Assembly: GCA_024626585.2 (NCBI GenBank) | Contig: JANKJI020000004.1 | Span: 82,410,220 to 82,439,994 of the forward strand | Direction of reading: 5' to 3' | Source: Ginkgo biloba | Lineage: Eukaryota; Plantae; Ginkgophyta | Length of the DNA: 29,775 bases | Shown here: positions 1 to 12,419 of the stretch, one piece after another | Layout: the number at the start of each line of letters is the position of its first letter | How positions within the stretch are numbered: the stretch's first letter is position 1 | Position numbers and translations under genes: made by a program | The notes under the pieces: generated by a model | What the model was told of the DNA's origin: nothing | The model's input: the letters and a program-made list of their open reading frames with translations, nothing else | Database searches by the model: none

Positions 1-304
1 CCTCTTAAGTATTATGTTAATAGATTTTTAATCACCTTTATAATGTTATAATATTATTTACTTACAAGAAAATAAATTATTTTTAGGTCCTTAACATTTT
101 ATCTTTAGATAACTTATGTTCCTTTCCTAATAATGTGTAGAAAATGATAACTATCATAGAACATGGAGGATCAAGTTTTTGAATGATAATATGGAAAATA
201 TTTATATGATATTAATACCATAATTAAGAAGGTTAAAAATAAATACAGAGTTTCAAATGAAGATATTTATTATTGTGGAATTTATTTTCCATGAGTTCGT
301 ACTA

Positions 305-375
305 GTGTATGTGTGTATGTTTGTCTACACACACACATACACAAAGAGAGAAATACATACACACACACACACACA
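305..375. repeat. (GT)n/(CA)n microsatellite with a 12-bp inverted repeat
   Basis: gtgtatgtgtgt (305-316) is the reverse complement of acacacatacac (331-342); a further (CA)n run occurs at ~359-375. Confidence 0.85.
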
Positions 376-2889
376 AATTAAATAATTACTTATTGTTGCA
401 TTGAATCCTTAACAATTTGATTCAATTATGAATTGATTCAAAAGAATGCTTATTAAAATCATAGTGTCATGAAAAACATTTTAAGACATCACCCTTACCT
501 TTCTAATGTCTAGACCTTATGCTTCTAGTTATTAGAAAATAAAATGAAATATTTCAGAGCCTTGAAATATTACTTTTAAGCATTTTCTATGGGAGCTCAT
601 TAATCCCACTTATGTATTGGCACTCCTTAGAAAATAAACCATTAATATTGTAGGACTTAATAAATAAAAAAATGTTAGAGAATAATAGNNNNNNNNNNCT
701 GTAGATTATGACTATAATGGAAATAATTATGAGAGTTATAGTTAAGTTACATAAATCATTGTTGACCAAGAGATGGTGAGATAGGAATGGGATATAAATG
801 GAAAATTAATTTTGTATTTTTCTTAACATTAGGAAAGGAGAGATAAATGAGTATGTGAGTTATAGATTCCTATGGGTGTGAACACATTTAGTCTAGCATC
901 TTTAGCTATATCCTTCTTACAAAAGTATGTAAGGACCTTAGGAGAAAAAAATATTTATTCCAATATTTTATCATCATCAATCTCTATTTGTATGTTTTGA
1001 TAACAAAATCCTTCAGGGAGATTCCACTCCATTTTGGACATCATTTTTTATGTAGTAAAGTAAACATCTAGAAAATGTATGCTTAAAAAATTAATATTAG
1101 AAAAATATTTCGCCTAAAACATGTTACTTTTAATCATATTAAATTTTGTGGGTCAAAATTTATAAATTAAAATAACTTTTTGTACAAAAAAAAAAATTAT
1201 CTATAAAAAATTTCATTTGTAAAGAATGTAAAACTTCTTGCACATACCCTAGTACTAAAATTTCAATTTTTTTAATTTCAAAGAAGTTTAGCTAAATATA
1301 TAAATAATCATTTGTTGATAGTTCCAAATATTTTTAACCACCTATAACAATTGTTATATTTTCTTAGGACCCTAATTANNNNNNNNNNNNNNNNNNNNNN
1401 NNNNNNNNNNNNNNNNNNNNNNNNNNNNNNNNNNNNNNNNNNNNNNNNNNNNNNNNNNNNNNNNNNNNNNNNNNNNNNTATTTTAAGGTACCATATAATA
1501 TTTTATCATTAAGGAAAAGATCTATATATTCTTTTCTTTTAGTTGTTTTAGAGAAACAAAGTACATTAACTAGAGTATATCTTTGTTGATATGGTTAAGG
1601 AAAAACTCTATATACTTACTAATAAATAAAAAATTCATTAACATCTTCAATATGGCTCGTTTAAATATGTTAGGAACTTTTCATAAGTAAAGGAAATCAC
1701 CTTATAGGAAAACATGCCCTATTTAGTTGCAAAGATAATTTTAGATATATATTCTTCTACTATATTAATATAAGTATTAGTTATATATATGTTAATAAAT
1801 AAATATACAAAATTACCTATAAAAAATTTTAGTAATGTTTATAACTTTTCCATTTGTGACTAGTTTCATGCAAACATATTATGAAAAACTATAACAACAA
1901 TATATGGAATGAAGGTTGAAAAAAATAGGTTATAGATAAATTTAGCACATGATTTATAGTTCATGTTATAAGAATGTATTAATAAATATTTAATCCAAAG
2001 TTTCTTTCCATACAATCTAATATATTGGATATATTATTCAATCCTAAAAAATAAAAATCGCTTCTATTATTTTTGTACCATCATTCAAATGGACTAGTCA
2101 AAATATGTCCATTAAACCTAATTCATAGAATACTTAAATATTAGGTCTTTAAGACTCGTAATAAGCACAATTTAGTTGTATAATGTAATGTTATTTACAT
2201 AGAAAATATTCCTATGCATGTGTGGTTTATTTTATTAGTTTTATTCATTCCTATTATAAATAATTCATTCACTTTAGACATGTATATTACACAAGAATAA
2301 TTTCTACATGGTTTTAGACAAATGATAAGGTCAAAGGATGAGGATAGTGATGAGTTAGGTTAAGGGTGACAAGGGAGGAAAGATTTCGTATCCATCCTTC
2401 ATCAACCAATTAGAAGAATGAATTTGAAGTTTAAAAATATTTTACACTATTCTATAATCTCCTTTGAGAAACANNNNNNNNNNNNNNNNNNNNNNNNNNN
2501 NNNNNNNNNNNNNNNNNNNNNNNNNNNNNNNNNNNNNNNNNNNNNNNNNNNNNNNNGAACAAGTGTCCCTTGAAAATATCACTAATTATATTTTTCACAC
2601 CCTATAATAATACTAACTTTCTTTATAATTTAAAAGGCCAACCCATTTTCTTGGTTATTGTTCTTGTCCCAAGTAGAGATAATGAATTAATATTAATTAT
2701 ATAAAGTATATTTGTTGAGTTAGCTCTAGTCTCAACCCATATCTAATTTCATTGTTATTCATTTGTTTATTTATGTACACTTATCAATAAGTTATATATT
2801 ATTGAAATTATCAACTAATATGGACTAAGCCTACCTAGTTGAATTTGTTTAGAACTGGAAAAATTTATTCATTATGGTTTTTTTTGTAT

Positions 2890-3420
2890 AAGAGGAGAAA
2901 AAAATTTATGAGGATAGATATCTAGTAGTGAGGTGAAATGATGATATAGAAGTTATTTCATTTAGTAAATTATATGGAATTAGGGTTGATTATAGGTCAA
3001 TTAAGTCATATAATGCAACCCCTTTTAAAAAAAATTCAAGATATTCGATACCTTTTCCTAATCATAGAAGTGTTAAGAAAATAATCTTGCTTAGATTGGA
3101 TGAAACCTTAAGGATACAATTTTGAATAGAAATTTTTTATATATAATGGATGTGAATGAATTCATTTTAAATTCATCCTTCCCCATTTCCTGTCTGATAT
3201 TGAAACTAAGTCTATAATAATTAGAACTTTATAAGATAACACCAAAGAGAGATAGGAAGTTTGCCCCTAAGGTTACCATAAGGTAAGGCTGATTATATCG
3301 ATATAATTACAAAAATTTATCATTTTAATTATATGTATTATAATCTCACCTTAAGGACTTTGATAAGATACTTCTTAAGTAGACCTCCCCCAAAGAGTAT
3401 TCTCAAATCTTAGATTGGAA
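2890..3420 (+). pseudogene. Possible highly decayed LINE ORF1 remnant (DUF4283-like region)
   Basis: Lies directly upstream (across an 892-N gap) of LINE ORF2 on the same strand. Fragmentary translations (SDIETKSI, LELYKITP, IICIII) only loosely resemble plant L1 ORF1. Mostly positional inference. Confidence 0.25.
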
Positions 3421-4312
3421 NNNNNNNNNNNNNNNNNNNNNNNNNNNNNNNNNNNNNNNNNNNNNNNNNNNNNNNNNNNNNNNNNNNNNNNNNNNNNNNN
3501 NNNNNNNNNNNNNNNNNNNNNNNNNNNNNNNNNNNNNNNNNNNNNNNNNNNNNNNNNNNNNNNNNNNNNNNNNNNNNNNNNNNNNNNNNNNNNNNNNNNN
3601 NNNNNNNNNNNNNNNNNNNNNNNNNNNNNNNNNNNNNNNNNNNNNNNNNNNNNNNNNNNNNNNNNNNNNNNNNNNNNNNNNNNNNNNNNNNNNNNNNNNN
3701 NNNNNNNNNNNNNNNNNNNNNNNNNNNNNNNNNNNNNNNNNNNNNNNNNNNNNNNNNNNNNNNNNNNNNNNNNNNNNNNNNNNNNNNNNNNNNNNNNNNN
3801 NNNNNNNNNNNNNNNNNNNNNNNNNNNNNNNNNNNNNNNNNNNNNNNNNNNNNNNNNNNNNNNNNNNNNNNNNNNNNNNNNNNNNNNNNNNNNNNNNNNN
3901 NNNNNNNNNNNNNNNNNNNNNNNNNNNNNNNNNNNNNNNNNNNNNNNNNNNNNNNNNNNNNNNNNNNNNNNNNNNNNNNNNNNNNNNNNNNNNNNNNNNN
4001 NNNNNNNNNNNNNNNNNNNNNNNNNNNNNNNNNNNNNNNNNNNNNNNNNNNNNNNNNNNNNNNNNNNNNNNNNNNNNNNNNNNNNNNNNNNNNNNNNNNN
4101 NNNNNNNNNNNNNNNNNNNNNNNNNNNNNNNNNNNNNNNNNNNNNNNNNNNNNNNNNNNNNNNNNNNNNNNNNNNNNNNNNNNNNNNNNNNNNNNNNNNN
4201 NNNNNNNNNNNNNNNNNNNNNNNNNNNNNNNNNNNNNNNNNNNNNNNNNNNNNNNNNNNNNNNNNNNNNNNNNNNNNNNNNNNNNNNNNNNNNNNNNNNN
4301 NNNNNNNNNNNN

Positions 4313-5359
4313 ATATAGATGTCCTTTGCCTTTAAAAGTCAAAGTGGTCAAGTTTAAACTCCAAACCATGTTATAAACTATATGGCCTAAGGCTTGTTTA
4401 TTTAAATCCAATCACGAGGAAGGGAAAGTAGGGATGGTAATTATTCTTAATCCCTATCCCAAAATAAATCTTCTTTCCTAAGATTAAGACCCTAACAATA
4501 AGGTCATGTAGGCCTTGCTAAATGTAAATAATAGAATTTAAGAAATTGTCAATATTTATGATCCCAACACTACTAGTAAAAGTGCTAAACTTTGGTAATG
4601 AATTGGAAGATAATTCCCCCAATCTTGGGTTAGTTATAGAAAATTTCATACAATTGAGGATAAAGAGGATAAATTAGGAGGGCTTCTCCATAAATGGTAT
4701 ATTGAAGACAATAATCCTAGTTCTACATGAAAGGTGGGTTTGGTATTTTTTACTTTTACAAGCACCAAAGAAATGACCCTTAGGAAGATTGTTTACTTAG
4801 TCTAACTTTAGGCATAATCATAAATGCATAGTAAGAAAGTTGTATCCATGATGATCACTAGTGATGATTCCTTTAGATTCCATAATGAGACTTATAAAAC
4901 TTATTAATCATACTACCCTATTTGACCATTTATCCATTTGGTTTTCAATTTCATGAGGGATTATATAGTTCTAAGAAGAGAATATTCCTACAAGTTTAAT
5001 GTCTCCTATAGACAATTGATTTTTTTAAAGATTGTATTAGATATATCTTCCATCTAGTACACCTACCATTTAAAAAATATGTATGGGTCAACTAGTGAAA
5101 CCAAGTGATTAAACACATTACTACATTTATTATAGTCTATGGCAACTAAATAAATTTCATTAGAAATAAAAATGATAAATAAGTGGCATAGGAACTAGAT
5201 TAATTGAAGTGAAAAAATAAAAATGGTCCTTTTAATGAAATCCTATAGGTTAGGTTTGTTAAGATGACCACTATTCCAAAAATAAGTGAAGACAAAAGAA
5301 TAAAGGTTCTTAAATAAGAGTTAGTCTTTAGAAGTTAAAAATTGGAGAAGGCCCTTGAG
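4313..5359 (+). pseudogene. LINE ORF2 AP-endonuclease domain and linker
   Basis: Manual translation: IDVLCL*(QE)VK...IWPK...SNHEEGKVGMVIIL...DPNNKVM*...IVNIYDPN...KLW...KFHTIEDKEDKLGG...FT*SN...DHLSI...KFN. These match the EN motifs LQE, NIYAPN, GDFN..DK.GG, FTWSN and SDH.PI. Confidence 0.88.
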
Positions 5360-5459
5360 NNNNNNNNNNNNNNNNNNNNNNNNNNNNNNNNNNNNNNNNN
5401 NNNNNNNNNNNNNNNNNNNNNNNNNNNNNNNNNNNNNNNNNNNNNNNNNNNNNNNNNNN

Positions 5460-6065
5460 CCTTGTTACCGACTTCTCTTCATCCTCCTTTTGACCACTCT
5501 AGATGGATAGTCTAAAAAAATCATTAGTATACTCAATCACAGTCTTCTCTCTCTACCTCAGATTCTAGAACTCCTTGAACAGTCATTGACCATAATCTGA
5601 TAGTAGAAACTTCCCCTTCAACCTACCAACCATCTCCTGCCAAGTAACCACCTTCTCTTCTATCTATTGCATTTGATCTTTTTGTAAGTGTTCCCACCAC
5701 CTAGCAACATGCCCTTTTAGTCATGTGTAAGAAAATTTCACTCTTCAAGGGTCTTCAATTTCTTCCCACTCTAAATACTTCTCCATGTCACCAATCTAAT
5801 CCAATAGGTCTTCTAGGTTTAGACTACCTTCAAAATAAGGTGCCTCCACTTTAGCCTTCCCCTTTGTACTCCCTGATGTTTAGACCACTACTCCTTCCAC
5901 ACTCTACCTAGAAGGTCCAGCTTCTTCACTATCAAGCCTTGGTTCTACCACCTTCTTTTCCTCTAAGATGACTCTCTGGCTTATTAAGACTTCTCTAAGG
6001 TCATCCACCTTCTGCACCAAACTTTCCAACAAGCGTACCAATGATTTATCCACTCGGGGTGCCAT
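5460..6065 (-). pseudogene. gag: Ty3/gypsy gag N-terminal part (Retrotrans_gag; chromovirus/CRM-like), truncated by a gap
   Basis: ATG at 6065(-), single frame with in-frame stops: MAPRVDKSLVRLLESLVQKVDDLRE...KAKVEAPYFEGSLNLEDLLD*IGDMEKYLEWEEIEDP*RVKFSYT*LKGHVARWWEHLQ...TWQEMVGRLKGKFL...NLR*REKTVIEYTNDFFRL. Confidence 0.9.
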
Positions 6066-6115
6066 TAGGATGTCAAACTCAGTCAGTATGTCCTGACACT
6101 ATGCTATGTCTCTAT

Positions 6116-6127
6116 GCTCTGATACCA
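6116..6127 (-). promoter_or_regulatory. Primer-binding site, tRNA-iMet
   Basis: Minus strand reads TGGTATCAGAGC (perfect PBS-Met), 4 nt after a ...CCTACA LTR end and 50 nt before the gag ATG. Confidence 0.92.
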
Positions 6128-6131
6128 CTAA

Positions 6132-6258
6132 TGTAGGAGGGGGGAAAATACTAAAGTCAATGTTGGCCACTAACCATCATTGACTTCCAACTAACACCAA
6201 GCTCCACTACTAAGTCATCATCAACCCGCCTTTCAGGACCTTTCAGTTGTAACCTACA
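6132..6258 (-). repeat. 5' LTR (or its 3' part) of the minus-strand gypsy element
   Basis: CA end adjacent to the PBS; bounded by the 6-bp inverted repeat TGTAGG(6132)...CCTACA(6258). The outer boundary is uncertain and could extend to ~6314, where LINE-like coding resumes. Confidence 0.55.
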
Positions 6259-6314
6259 GATGCAATCAGCGTAGCTCACTTAGAAACGTTGATGACTAAT
6301 CTATCTATGATCCA

Positions 6315-8123
6315 TAAGAAAATACATAGCCACAAATGCATATTCAAATAACTCAAGCAAATAAACAAATAGGTGGATTACACAAGAAATACAAACTCAT
6401 AATGGTAGGATCATTGTATAGCAAGGAATTTCCCAAGACTTCTACAATCATTTTGTTGGCATCTACCTTTCCCAGGAAATCTTAATAACACATAATCTAC
6501 TTTAAAAGCATGTACAGAGGTATTCCTTTTAAAATTTTCATTAGAGCATACTGGTTCAGGATGCACCTTTATCTCTTCTTGAATTCTCACTTTTCCCATA
6601 TGAGATAGAAAATGATAAAGCTTCAACAATTAATCACTTCCCTTGTGATTTGTACAATTCCACATGGGATTTAACCATCCTTATATTACTTCATGTATAC
6701 AAAAAGGTCATAATAGAGAAATAAAATCCCTTGGAGGCTTGATTAACTAGGGATATATCAATATATTATCTAAGTTGAGTGAACTAGAGCTTATTAGTAA
6801 CTAGAAGTTAATTACTCTCCTTTAATGTTTCCTACACAATTCTAGCAAAAGATTTAGAATTCAAAGTGAATTATTTTACTCTTAAACATTGTTAGAATAA
6901 AGCAAACTAGTTTGATACAGGGGAGACACATTCTAAACAACATAATTAGTGTCTNNNNNNNNNNNNNNNNNNNNNNNNNNNNNNNNNNNNNNNNNNNNNN
7001 NNNNNNNNNNNNNNNNNNNNNNNNNNNNNNNNNNNNNNNNNNNNNNNNNNNNNNAAACATAATTAGTGTCTAGAAAGGCATGGAATGGGCTATACAGAGA
7101 GGATAAGAGATCTTGTTTATGAAAATTTACTTTGAGAAACTTTATAATAGATTTAAATGGGACTTTATCTTCTATATGCTTAATGCCTTATAATTTGCTT
7201 CCCTATTTCAAAGTATTGTAAAAATATTTATTTGTCAAGGCTTTTACTTGCATAATAATTAATAGAATCAATCCTTCTTCATTTGACGTATTCATATCTA
7301 TTAAAAAAGGATGCCCTCTAATTCATATCCTTTATGTCCTTGAAAATTATGCATTGTGGTACTTGGAATACCAAAACATCTCCTTTGGATCAATATATGG
7401 TATCTTCTTACCCCCAAATGGTGATAAATAAATGATTAATGGACATTTTATTGATGAATATTTCCTAACGATCTAAGTAGAAGACACAAATGTTTAAGAG
7501 GTTATTAAATGTATTAAGATATTTTATGATGCCTTCATCTCCAAGATTTAATGGAATCCCATGCTATCTACTAGGTATTAAGGAAGCACCTGAGTAAATA
7601 AAAAATATAAATGGTCTTAGGTTAGGAATGAGAGTTTTTCAAGTCCTTGGGTATTCATTATGGATTATAAATCTCCCTAAATGATATGTAGTAATTTGTT
7701 ATAGACAAGGTTGATAAAAAAAAATCAACTAGAAAACTAGGCTAATGGACCTTACTACAAGATACTAGATAGTTACTAGAGTGTTATTTTTCACTTATAT
7801 TTATTATTAATCATGTTTTATACCATCTTATAAATCATATAACAAGTTGATCTAAATCATTAATAAAATGGGATATCACAAGATAAAATGGAAGATTTCA
7901 TAGCAACCTAAGGATAAAAGGGGTTAGGAATAATAGATCTTTAGAGATAGGGAATAACCCTTTATGAAAAATGGATTATTATAACCTTAGAAAGAAATAA
8001 GGCCTAAAAACTATTTTTCCAACAAAATATATTACTTAGAACCCCCTTGGTAATAAATCTTAGAATGGGTTGTCTTTCTAGTCATTGCTCTTTACTCCTG
8101 CCAAGATAAATATGGGAGGTTCA
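6315..8123 (+). pseudogene. LINE ORF2 reverse transcriptase and downstream region
   Basis: NDKASTINHFPCDLYNSTW (KAPGPDGF..EFY..W), NVSYTILAK, GRHILNNI, MEWA, KIYFEKLYNRFKW (DFEKAYDRVEW), IKKGCPL (RQGCPL), NGHFIDE (FADD), LGI, GYHKIKW..PKDK.GLGIID, KWII. Confidence 0.92.
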
Positions 8124-8960
8124 NNNNNNNNNNNNNNNNNNNNNNNNNNNNNNNNNNNNNNNNNNNNNNNNNNNNNNNNNNNNNNNNNNNNNNNNNNNNN
8201 NNNNNNNNNNNNNNNNNNNNNNNNNNNNNNNNNNNNNNNNNNNNNNNNNNNNNNNNNNNNNNNNNNNNNNNNNNNNNNNNNNNNNNNNNNNNNNNNNNNN
8301 NNNNNNNNNNNNNNNNNNNNNNNNNNNNNNNNNNNNNNNNNNNNNNNNNNNNNNNNNNNNNNNNNNNNNNNNNNNNNNNNNNNNNNNNNNNNNNNNNNNN
8401 NNNNNNNNNNNNNNNNNNNNNNNNNNNNNNNNNNNNNNNNNNNNNNNNNNNNNNNNNNNNNNNNNNNNNNNNNNNNNNNNNNNNNNNNNNNNNNNNNNNN
8501 NNNNNNNNNNNNNNNNNNNNNNNNNNNNNNNNNNNNNNNNNNNNNNNNNNNNNNNNNNNNNNNNNNNNNNNNNNNNNNNNNNNNNNNNNNNNNNNNNNNN
8601 NNNNNNNNNNNNNNNNNNNNNNNNNNNNNNNNNNNNNNNNNNNNNNNNNNNNNNNNNNNNNNNNNNNNNNNNNNNNNNNNNNNNNNNNNNNNNNNNNNNN
8701 NNNNNNNNNNNNNNNNNNNNNNNNNNNNNNNNNNNNNNNNNNNNNNNNNNNNNNNNNNNNNNNNNNNNNNNNNNNNNNNNNNNNNNNNNNNNNNNNNNNN
8801 NNNNNNNNNNNNNNNNNNNNNNNNNNNNNNNNNNNNNNNNNNNNNNNNNNNNNNNNNNNNNNNNNNNNNNNNNNNNNNNNNNNNNNNNNNNNNNNNNNNN
8901 NNNNNNNNNNNNNNNNNNNNNNNNNNNNNNNNNNNNNNNNNNNNNNNNNNNNNNNNNNNN

Positions 8961-9060
8961 AAGTGACATACTAATGAGGATAAAAGGAAATAAAGCATGA
9001 GGTGGGCCTCATAGATATATAATGGTTAAATGAATTACATAAATGCAAAGGTGCTAAAGA
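8961..9060 (+). repeat. Diverged direct repeat, copy 1 (partner at ~10833-10928)
   Basis: gtgacatactaatgaggataaaaggaaataaagcatgaggtgggcctcatagat vs gtgataaactaatgaggataatgagaaataaccacaagataggcctcatagat. Confidence 0.7.
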
Positions 9061-9977
9061 GGGTGATAACAAAATATCCCCCAATGACTAAGGTCTATAA
9101 TAAGTGCAATGAGAGAAGGGTCAAAAGTTCTTGAAAATAGCCCTTTATGCAAAGGAATCATTAACAATAGATAACTACAATAATAAAATGGTACAAAAAT
9201 AAATATATTAGAGAGTTGGTGTTGCCAATGATGCCAATGTGGGTGCAAATGCCATTAGGAAAAAGAGAGTGAGTGATCACGTGATCAAAAGTATTTATCC
9301 CAATCTAAAAAGATACTCACAAAAGATTTTTCCATTTATTATCAAATATAAATCATGGTACTAGACATGTCCTAGACTCATACAAAAATATGATAAAATG
9401 ATAAAATCCACACGAGTATATACAACTCCCATCCTCGTGAGAATAATATAAATAAATAAAAATTGAATAATGTAGTAGTAAAAATCAACTTTTGGAATTG
9501 ATGGAAGTTAATGATGTAAAATCTTATTAAAATAACACTCATAATGATATTTGTCTACTAATAAGTGTACCATAGAGTGCAAGCATGGTATCACTTAATG
9601 ACCAAGAAATAATCCCCACAAGAAATTATTGTGTTAGTATGGTGTCATTTGGGATTAACCATACTGACTTCTTTGAGCATTGACACATATGAAAGTGTAA
9701 AATGGAACTATTAGAAAGTGCATGTCAATAATCAAATACTAAAAATGAAAACATCAAGCTTCTGCATAGGATATAAGCATGTGATGGTTCTCCCATATCC
9801 ATAATTGAAGGGAAAATAGTTGTGCAATGAAAGAGAATGATAATAAATGGTAAGGCAGTGATGGTAACTACATTAAAATATATGTTGTATAGAAACATAA
9901 GTGTTGAAATATTCCCAATTTCATGGAAAAAACACACTAAAAAAGTCATTGTTCATCCAAATGAAATAATCCTAACC

Positions 9978-10110
9978 TTCGGTTGAACATATTGAACCTA
10001 AAATTTTAAAATAAAGGGTTTGGCCGAATGTGTAGAACTTGGAATCTATGGTATTTGATCAAATGCATTGAACTTAGATTTTGAAGGGTTTGACCAAATA
10101 CGTCAACTCT
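9978..10110. repeat. Decayed 35-bp minisatellite (~4 units)
   Basis: Unit starts: ttcggttgaa (9978), ttggccgaa (10020), ttgatcaaa (10055), ttgaccaaa (10090). Each is followed by a GAAC(C/T)-like motif; the first, third and (degenerately) second units end in GGGT. Confidence 0.65.
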
Positions 10111-10832
10111 AATGGGTTGAACTTGAAATTATCATGATCACGATGAAGCTTTGTTAAGTAACTAAAATTAGATTTGAGCAGAGGTTGAACACATATTATA
10201 ATGGTTCTATTGAATGTTGTGTACTTTTCCACATAGAAAAAAATTTATAATTCTATATAGGTAATGTGATCAACCGATTATAGCTAAGAATAAAAGAACC
10301 TATAAAAAATCTTAGAAAACTATAGAAATGAAGTGAAAAGTATTGATTGCTTGAGACAACAATGACATTACCCAGAATGGTCACCATTTATGCTTATGGA
10401 AAATATCACTCCCTAATAATAATGGCAAATGGAACAAACATATAAAATGATATGGATGTTCTTTATGCATAAATAAATATCCTTAATGTAGAAATGCACA
10501 AAGAAATCATGAGAATACACTATAACATAAATATAGAAAAGTATGAGATAAATATTGAATATGGTGAGTGATCTCATCAAGTGGTATTTGATACTGTGGA
10601 CTAGATAGAAGACGCTAATATCTTCTTCTTATGTTAAGGAATGAAACTCAAGCTAACATTCAAGAATGTAAAGCCCCTTCCCTCCATAAAGGAAGAAATG
10701 CTAATGACACTCTAATGATATAATAATGAATATGCCTCCCTTTTACCTTTGCATAAAATGGATATTTATATGATAATGGTATATTGTGAGGTTAACTATA
10801 GGGATATCATAAAGTTAGCTATGTGGTAAATA

Positions 10833-10928
10833 AGTGGTGATAAACTAATGAGGATAATGAGAAATAACCACAAGATAGGCCTCATAGATGTAGAAACCCT
10901 AAATTAGTAGCATGAATATATAAGCGCT
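10833..10928 (+). repeat. Diverged direct repeat, copy 2 (partner at ~8961-9060)
   Basis: See copy 1; truncated by the N gap at 10929. Confidence 0.7.
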
Positions 10929-11599
10929 NNNNNNNNNNNNNNNNNNNNNNNNNNNNNNNNNNNNNNNNNNNNNNNNNNNNNNNNNATTAAGACGTAATAG
11001 TATAATAGTGAATTCCATCTAATTAAATACCAAGAATCCAATCATAGGAGGAGTGTTAGTCACCCCATATCTTATTCTTTCTTTAGAACGAGATTTTGTG
11101 TCCCCTTAGATATCCCATAATTATTATGATTTGAGTCTAGAATCCTTTCAAGATGATGGAGAAATATTAACTTGGATATCTCTAGAAAAATACTCATTGC
11201 AGTCTTTAAAAGTAAATACAATTGAAGAAGTATTATTGGTGTAAGAAAGTGAATTTGNNNNNNNNNNNNNNNNNNNNNNNNNNNNNNNNNNNCTCTACTA
11301 TTATAACTTAAGGAGTTCTTGGAACATCCAAATGGTAGTTTTTTACCTACTTAAGGTATTACTAATCTAGGGCTATTTCATGGAGATGATTACATGTAGT
11401 TTTCCTAGAAGAGACAACATAAGATATATATATTGGAAATTTTGATCATCTATAAATTCAAATATAGATTCTCATTAGAGGAAATTAAGCAATATAAGGN
11501 NNNNNNNNNNNNNNNNNNNNNNNNNNNNNNNNNNNNNNNNNNNNNNNNNNNNNNNNNNNNNNNNNNNNNNNNNNNNNNNNNNNNNNNNNNNNNNNNNNN

Positions 11600-12388
11600 A
11601 ATATAAGGCCCTTTTCCAAGAATTATGGGATGTGTTTTCCTAAAATTATTTAGAATTAAAATTATTTTTGACATAGATTGCATCACTATGGAATAAATTA
11701 AAGGAAGAGGATGAGCTTATTTAAAATAAGTAGAGAATATTATTTGAATGGCCAATCCTTATAATCAAGTTAAAAATTCAAAATTTAGTGGAATAAAATT
11801 TCACCTTTAAGGTGTAACACTATGAGTGCATGTTGACTATTATTCTTATTCTAAAGAAGAATGAGAAGTTTCAAGCCTATGTAAATTATAAATACCTTAA
11901 TAAGTCCACTTGAAAGGATAGCCTACCCCTTCCACTTATTGATGGAATTATTGATCTTATAACTAGTAAGCATAAGTATTCATTTATGGATGGATACTCA
12001 AATTATAACTAGATAAGGATTGACCTAGATGATTGACTTAAGACAAATTTCACCTCACCTTATACACTTTTGTCTACTAGGTCATGCTATTTGGATTGAT
12101 CAATGTCCATGATAATATTATAACATATGATATATAAGATATTTAAAGAAGTAATTGATAAAATAATAAGTGTGTATTTGGACAACTTTTCCTTTGACTC
12201 CAAGAATTGATTTAATGATTTTCATATCTTTGGGAATGCTTTGAATGAGATAAGGGTTTTGTATTTATTTATAGCCTCTAAAATGTATCTTGTATACCAT
12301 GAAGGCTAAAATATTGAGATATATCATCTCTTTAGAGGATATTCTAGTAGATCTAGAAGTCATTAAAGTTATTTTTTCAATGCAAACC
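11600..12388 (+). pseudogene. pol: Ty3/gypsy (non-chromovirus, Tat/Athila-like) pol RT fragment; decayed pre-RT pol may extend to ~11130
   Basis: YKALFQELWDVFS*NYLELK; KKNEKFQAYVNYKYLNKST*KDSLPLPLIDGIID; YSFMDGYSNYN*IRI; KTNFTSP; VMLFGLIN; SVYLDNF (YLDD); KILRYIISLEDILVD. Confidence 0.92.
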
Positions 12389-12419
12389 NNNNNNNNNNNN
12401 NNNNNNNNNNNNNNNNNNN

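Larger units (their letters stand above)
4313..8123 (+). mobile_element. Degenerate L1/Tx1-type non-LTR retrotransposon (LINE) ORF2, interrupted by a gypsy insertion at ~5360-6314
   Basis: APE endonuclease and RT motifs in colinear order on the + strand, with many stops and frameshifts (see sub-features). Confidence 0.9.

Noticed and set aside
1-2880. Possible host exons or transposase remnants in the AT-rich left region
   Set aside because: No convincing ORF, domain motif, splice pattern or terminal repeats recognised.
3410-4411. Long ORFs (333 and 306 aa) in the ORF track; likewise 8078-8998
   Set aside because: Artefacts of translating through N runs.
9735-9800. Weak inverted similarity to 18038-18098 (GEPSHA/GEPTHA)
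   Set aside because: Only ~60 bp at about two-thirds identity with gaps in AT-rich DNA; cannot be separated from chance by eye.
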